This document shows, one piece after another, positions 59,728 through 64,000 of a DNA stretch of 64,000 nucleotides. A program made the position numbers and the translations under genes. Numbering within the stretch: the stretch's first letter is position 1; each line of letters begins with the position of its first letter. A model generated the notes under the pieces. The model made no database searches. It was not told where the DNA came from and saw only the letters and a list, made by a program, of their open reading frames with translations. The DNA is taken from the sequence record SRR22947725_1805, one strand, 5' to 3'.

Positions 59728-60396
59728 ATGCTGGGGGAAACTGCATTACAAACTCTGCTTTTCGTGTTCGAAGGCGTGGGCGTTGTCGCTTTCGCTCTTT
59801 CTGGCGCTCTTGCTGCCGTTCGAAAACGCCTCGATGTTGTGGGAGTGGTGGTTATTGCTTTCCTCACTGCGATGGCGGGAGGGACAGTGAGGGATGTGTT
59901 ACTCGACCGGTCGCCGCTGTTCTGGGTCGAGCATGAATACTGGTTGTGGGTGATTATCGCTATCGGTGTGGGCTCTGCGATCATTTTGCGCTCTCGGCAC
60001 TTTGAGCCCACCTCCCGGGCCATTCAGTGGCCAGACGCTCTGGGGCTTGGCGTGTTCGCCGCTGCGGGAACGCAGATTGCCTTGGACATGGACTCAAGCC
60101 CCCTTATCGCCACGCTGATGGGCGTGATCAGCGCTGTCACCGGGGGGATTTTGCGCGATGTCATGCTCAATGATCTGCCCTGGGTGGTGGCGAGCTTCCA
60201 GCTTTATGCGATTCTTGCCTTTGGTGGGGGGCTCCTAGTGTGGGGGATCGGTGCCGTGGGCGGTTCACCCCAACTCGCCGTTACGGTCGGTGCTCTGAGT
60301 ATTACCCTGGCGCGGGTAGCCTCCATTGCTTTCAACTGGACATTGCCTAATTGGCGAAAAGATGACCACACCGGAACAATTCAGCTGCCCCGATAA
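59728..60396 (+). CDS. Trimeric intracellular cation channel (UPF0126) family protein
   Basis: FALSGA, GGTVRD, DALGL, GGILRD duplicated motifs. Confidence 0.88.
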   Translation: MLGETALQTLLFVFEGVGVVAFALSGALAAVRKRLDVVGVVVIAFLTAMAGGTVRDVLLDRSPLFWVEHEYWLWVIIAIGVGSAIILRSRHFEPTSRAIQWPDALGLGVFAAAGTQIALDMDSSPLIATLMGVISAVTGGILRDVMLNDLPWVVASFQLYAILAFGGGLLVWGIGAVGGSPQLAVTVGALSITLARVASIAFNWTLPNWRKDDHTGTIQLPR

Positions 60397-60408
60397 GTGA
60401 GAGGCGTC

Positions 60409-60855
60409 ATGAGCGAGCATCGTCGGTTTCTCTTCCCCGCATCACTGGTTCTCTTCGCAGCACTGGTCTCGGGGTGCCAAGGCCCGGCCCTGCCGTTAGT
60501 CTCTTCCGAAGCGGTGATGGATAAAGAAGGGCAGACCATCCTCCAGGAGGACTTTCTGTATCCCGACACTGATGAGCCCCAGGTGACCTCCAGCATTGTC
60601 ACTCTCCAAGAGGGTGCGGAAACCGGGTTGCACCTGCACGAAGCACCCATGTTTGCCTACGTCATGGAAGGAACCTTGCAGGTCACCTATCTTGTCGAAG
60701 GCGTGGAGACCATCAAAGTGTATGAAGAGGGCGAAGCCATCATGGAGGGCCTTGACACTCCCCATAACGGCAAGAATGTAGGCGAGGGCCCCGTTCGGGT
60801 TCTTGTCGTCAATATGGGCTCTCCCGATCTTGAGAACACAGTGATGCTCGACTAG
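60409..60855 (+). CDS. Cupin-domain lipoprotein
   Basis: LVSGC lipobox, H.H..P..AYV.EG.L, E....H.G.N. Confidence 0.8.
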   Translation: MSEHRRFLFPASLVLFAALVSGCQGPALPLVSSEAVMDKEGQTILQEDFLYPDTDEPQVTSSIVTLQEGAETGLHLHEAPMFAYVMEGTLQVTYLVEGVETIKVYEEGEAIMEGLDTPHNGKNVGEGPVRVLVVNMGSPDLENTVMLD

Positions 60856-60973
60856 GGGCGAATCCTGCGGAAGAGGGAAATGTTCTGGTGTGCGGTGTGT
60901 CATTGCACCCCGTGACCGAAGTGCTCGCGTAATTTCGCAGGTGTCGGCATCGCTCAAGGGCTAAGGAGCCTCC

Positions 60974-62314
60974 GTGGAAAAATCCGCCCCCTCGACCACC
61001 GCAGCACAGCGGAAGAAAACGGGGGAGCGGACATTCGTCCTCGACACCTCGGTTCTTCTCTCGGACCCACAGGCGATGTTCCGCTTCGCGGAACACCAGG
61101 TGGTTCTTCCCGTGGTGGTGATTTCGGAGCTGGAAAAGAAACGCCACGACCCCGAAATCGGTTACTTCGCCAGGCAAGCACTGCGCAACCTGGACGAGTT
61201 ACGCGCCGAACATGAACGGCTCGATTTCCCGATTGCTGCCGGCGAGGGGGGTTCTTTGCGGGTTGAACTAAATCACTCCAATCAATCGGTGCTTCCTTCC
61301 GGTTTGCAATTGGGTGACAATGATTCGCGGATCTTGGCTGTGGCACTGAATCTGGCCCAGGATGGACTCTCGGTCACGGTGGTGTCCAAGGACCTCCCCA
61401 TGCGCGTGAAAGCGGCGTCGATCGGTTTGGCTGCGGAAGAATACCGCGCAGAACTTGCCCCGGAAAACGGCTGGACGGGAATGGCGGAGATCACACTCGG
61501 CGCCAGCGATCTGGACGAGCTCTATGACAACGAGACCCTCACCTCCACCAGCGTGAAAGATCTTCCGCTCAATACGTCCTTGATCATTAAAACTGATCGT
61601 GGTTCCGCACTCGGTCGAGTCGTGGGCAAGAACACCATCGGTGTGGTCAAAGGCGACAGGGATCTTTTTGGATTGGTAGGTCGCTCCGCTGAACAGCGCC
61701 TTGCCATCGACCTGTTGCTCGATCCCACCGTGGGAATTGTGTCCTTGGGGGGACGCGCAGGAACAGGAAAATCGGCCCTGGCGCTCTGTGCCGGGTTGGA
61801 AGCAGTTCTCGAGCGTCAAGTCCACCGCAAAATCATGGTGTTTAGGCCCCTCTATGCCGTGGGCGGGCAAGATCTGGGATACCTGCCAGGCGATGCCAGC
61901 GAGAAGATGAACCCCTGGGCGGAAGCCACCTTCGACACGTTAGGTTCTGTGGTGTCCTCCAACGTTGTCGAAGAAGTGATGAACAGAGGTCTTCTGGAAG
62001 TGTTGCCCCTGACCCATATCCGGGGCCGCTCTCTCCACGATGCCTTTGTCATCGTGGATGAGGCTCAATCTCTCGAACGCAACGTACTTCTTACGATGTT
62101 GAGCCGTATCGGTCAGAACTCTCGCGTGATCCTCACACACGATGTGGCCCAACGGGATAACTTGCGCGTGGGGCGCCACGATGGGGTTGCCAGCGTGATT
62201 GAGGCGCTCAAGGGGCAATCCCTCTTTGGCCACATCACGCTCACGCGATCTGAGCGCAGTGCCATCGCTGCGTTGGTGACGGAGCTTCTTGAAGAGGGCT
62301 CCAGCGCAGCCTAA
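60974..62314 (+). CDS. PIN-PhoH (PhoH2-like) protein
   Basis: VLDTSV PIN domain, [24 protein letters not shown]. Confidence 0.92.
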   Translation: MEKSAPSTTAAQRKKTGERTFVLDTSVLLSDPQAMFRFAEHQVVLPVVVISELEKKRHDPEIGYFARQALRNLDELRAEHERLDFPIAAGEGGSLRVELNHSNQSVLPSGLQLGDNDSRILAVALNLAQDGLSVTVVSKDLPMRVKAASIGLAAEEYRAELAPENGWTGMAEITLGASDLDELYDNETLTSTSVKDLPLNTSLIIKTDRGSALGRVVGKNTIGVVKGDRDLFGLVGRSAEQRLAIDLLLDPTVGIVSLGGRAGTGKSALALCAGLEAVLERQVHRKIMVFRPLYAVGGQDLGYLPGDASEKMNPWAEATFDTLGSVVSSNVVEEVMNRGLLEVLPLTHIRGRSLHDAFVIVDEAQSLERNVLLTMLSRIGQNSRVILTHDVAQRDNLRVGRHDGVASVIEALKGQSLFGHITLTRSERSAIAALVTELLEEGSSAA

Positions 62315-63708
62315 AGGCCAGGCGACGTCATTTTCAATACGTCCAGCGCTCCATCGAGGTCGGCTTCACTGATTTCTCCGCGTTCCACGAAACCCAGGGC
62401 AATCACGGATTCGCGCACGGTTTGTTGGTGCTCGACAGCGTATTTGGCGACCTTGGCGGCTGCCTCATAACCGATCACCCGGTTCAAAGGAGTGACAATT
62501 GCGGGAGAGGATTCGGCAAGAGCGCGGGCGCGCTCTTCACGGGCTTCCAGGCCCGACACGGTTTTATCGGCAAGAACTTTGACCGAGTTAGCGAGTAACC
62601 GAATGGATTCCAGGAGCGAGGTCCCCATCACGGGAATCGCGACGTTGAGCTCAAAGTTTCCGGTAGCTCCCGCCCACGCAATGGTGTGATCGTTGCCGAT
62701 GACTTTCGCACACACCATCAACACTGCTTCAGGAACGACGGGATTAACTTTGCCGGGCATAATCGAGCTGCCGGGTTGCAAATCGGGGATGTGTATTTCG
62801 GCAAGGCCAGCGTTGGGGCCCGAACCCATCCAGCGGATGTCGTTGCAAATCTTCGTGAGTGACACGGCAATCACGCGTAACGCACCCGATGCTTCGACAA
62901 GGCCATCCCTGGCGCCTTGGGCTTCAAAGTGATCTTGGGCTTCGGTGAGGGGGAGCGCGGTTGCCTGGGCAAGCTCGGCGATGACTTTTTGCGAAAAGCC
63001 CACCGGGGTGTTGATTCCGGTGCCGGTGGCGGTCCCACCAAGGGGAACTTCGGCAACACGGGAGATGGTGGCTTCCACCCGCTCAATCCCCAGACGAATC
63101 TGTCGGGCGTAGCCCGCAAATTCTTGCCCCAGGGTGACGGGGGTGGCATCCATCAAGTGGGTGCGACCTGCTTTCACCACACTGGCCCATGCTGCGGCTT
63201 TGACCTCCAGGGCTTCTGCCAGGTAGCCGAGAGAGGGAATCAACGAAGTGAGAAGCGCCTCGGTGACTGCCACGTGAACCGAGGTGGGGAACACGTCGTT
63301 GGAGGACTGCGACGCATTGACGTGGTCGTTGGGGTGGACCTCAACACCGTTTCTGCTCGCGAGTGTGGCCACCACTTCATTCATATTCATGTTGGAGGAT
63401 GTGCCCGAGCCGGTTTGGTAGGTATCCACGGGGAAGTGATCGTGGTGTTCACCCGCAATGATTTCTGCCGTGGCTGCGACGATGGCGTCTGCGATAGCGC
63501 CATCGATAATGCCAAGCTCTTTGTTCACTAACGCTGCGGCGCGCTTAATCTGAGCCAGTGCACTGATGTGTGCTGACTCGAGGCCTCTGCCAGAAATGGG
63601 AAAGTTTTCCACGGCACGCTGTGTCTGGGCCCGATACAGAGCGTCTTTGGGGACTTTTACCTCACCCATAGTGTCGTGTTCGATTCGAAATTCACCCTGA
63701 GCGTTCAT
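62311..63708 (-). CDS. fumC: Class II fumarate hydratase
   Basis: [39 protein letters not shown]. Confidence 0.97.
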   Translation of the reverse strand: MNAQGEFRIEHDTMGEVKVPKDALYRAQTQRAVENFPISGRGLESAHISALAQIKRAAALVNKELGIIDGAIADAIVAATAEIIAGEHHDHFPVDTYQTGSGTSSNMNMNEVVATLASRNGVEVHPNDHVNASQSSNDVFPTSVHVAVTEALLTSLIPSLGYLAEALEVKAAAWASVVKAGRTHLMDATPVTLGQEFAGYARQIRLGIERVEATISRVAEVPLGGTATGTGINTPVGFSQKVIAELAQATALPLTEAQDHFEAQGARDGLVEASGALRVIAVSLTKICNDIRWMGSGPNAGLAEIHIPDLQPGSSIMPGKVNPVVPEAVLMVCAKVIGNDHTIAWAGATGNFELNVAIPVMGTSLLESIRLLANSVKVLADKTVSGLEAREERARALAESSPAIVTPLNRVIGYEAAAKVAKYAVEHQQTVRESVIALGFVERGEISEADLDGALDVLKMTSPGL

Positions 63709-63711
63709 GCA

Positions 63712-64000
63712 CTAGTCCTTGTGGTGGTGGGATTGATTCTCGAGCTGGCCGATGATCACTTCGGGGGTGACTCGACCCTCTGCGAGCGTGTAGTTGGCTC
63801 CGACAATCGCCAGCTTACCCTCGGCTACCGCGTCAGAGATGAGCTCGCTGGAGGCGAGCAAGGTCGATACGGTGTCTCGTAGATGCTCCAGGCCAACCTC
63901 TTCGGCATCCACGGCTTCGCCTGGGGCTAAACCGTGGGCAAGGCGCACCCGCTCGATGGCAGGATTCAGGGTCTGTGTAATTGCTGCAATGTGAGGCGGA
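63712..64000 (-). CDS. Beta-carbonic anhydrase, C-terminal part (runs off window edge)
   Basis: S..IS.AV..GKL.IVGA.Y.L..GRV C-terminal pattern; adjacent to fumC. Confidence 0.7.
   Translation of the reverse strand, partial: PPHIAAITQTLNPAIERVRLAHGLAPGEAVDAEEVGLEHLRDTVSTLLASSELISDAVAEGKLAIVGANYTLAEGRVTPEVIIGQLENQSHHHKD

Noticed and set aside
60856-60973. Antitoxin gene or riboswitch before PIN-PhoH
   Set aside because: No convincing short ORF or recognisable aptamer.

Overview
64 kb of high-GC actinobacterial chromosome. Gene content and order (mfd-mazG-hisS-eno-ftsB-DUF501-S8 protease-ndh-tRNA-Leu, greA-DUF4307, fumC-carbonic anhydrase) suggest Microbacteriaceae (inference). 1-14.9 kb: a myo-inositol catabolic cluster (iolB, E, D, A, C, G, Cgl0159-like aldolase, ABC transporter and four extra enzymes) with four copies of a palindromic IolR-type operator. 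15-24 kb: a variable region (NagZ-like GH3, ABC exporter, hydrolase, GNAT, ABM, MFS) containing a heme-oxygenase C-terminal remnant and a cytochrome-b5-domain gene interrupted by an in-frame TGA. 24-28 kb: a ribonucleotide reductase operon preceded by DnaA and NrdR boxes. Its beta subunit has class Ic (Mn/Fe) signatures, and its alpha subunit lacks the C-terminal CxxC tail, which appears instead as a separate, translationally coupled 28-codon ORF (top finding). 28-64 kb: mostly core housekeeping genes plus two tRNAs; many genes look leaderless. No mobile element, prophage or CRISPR array was seen. All calls come from reading motifs by eye; no database searches were run.
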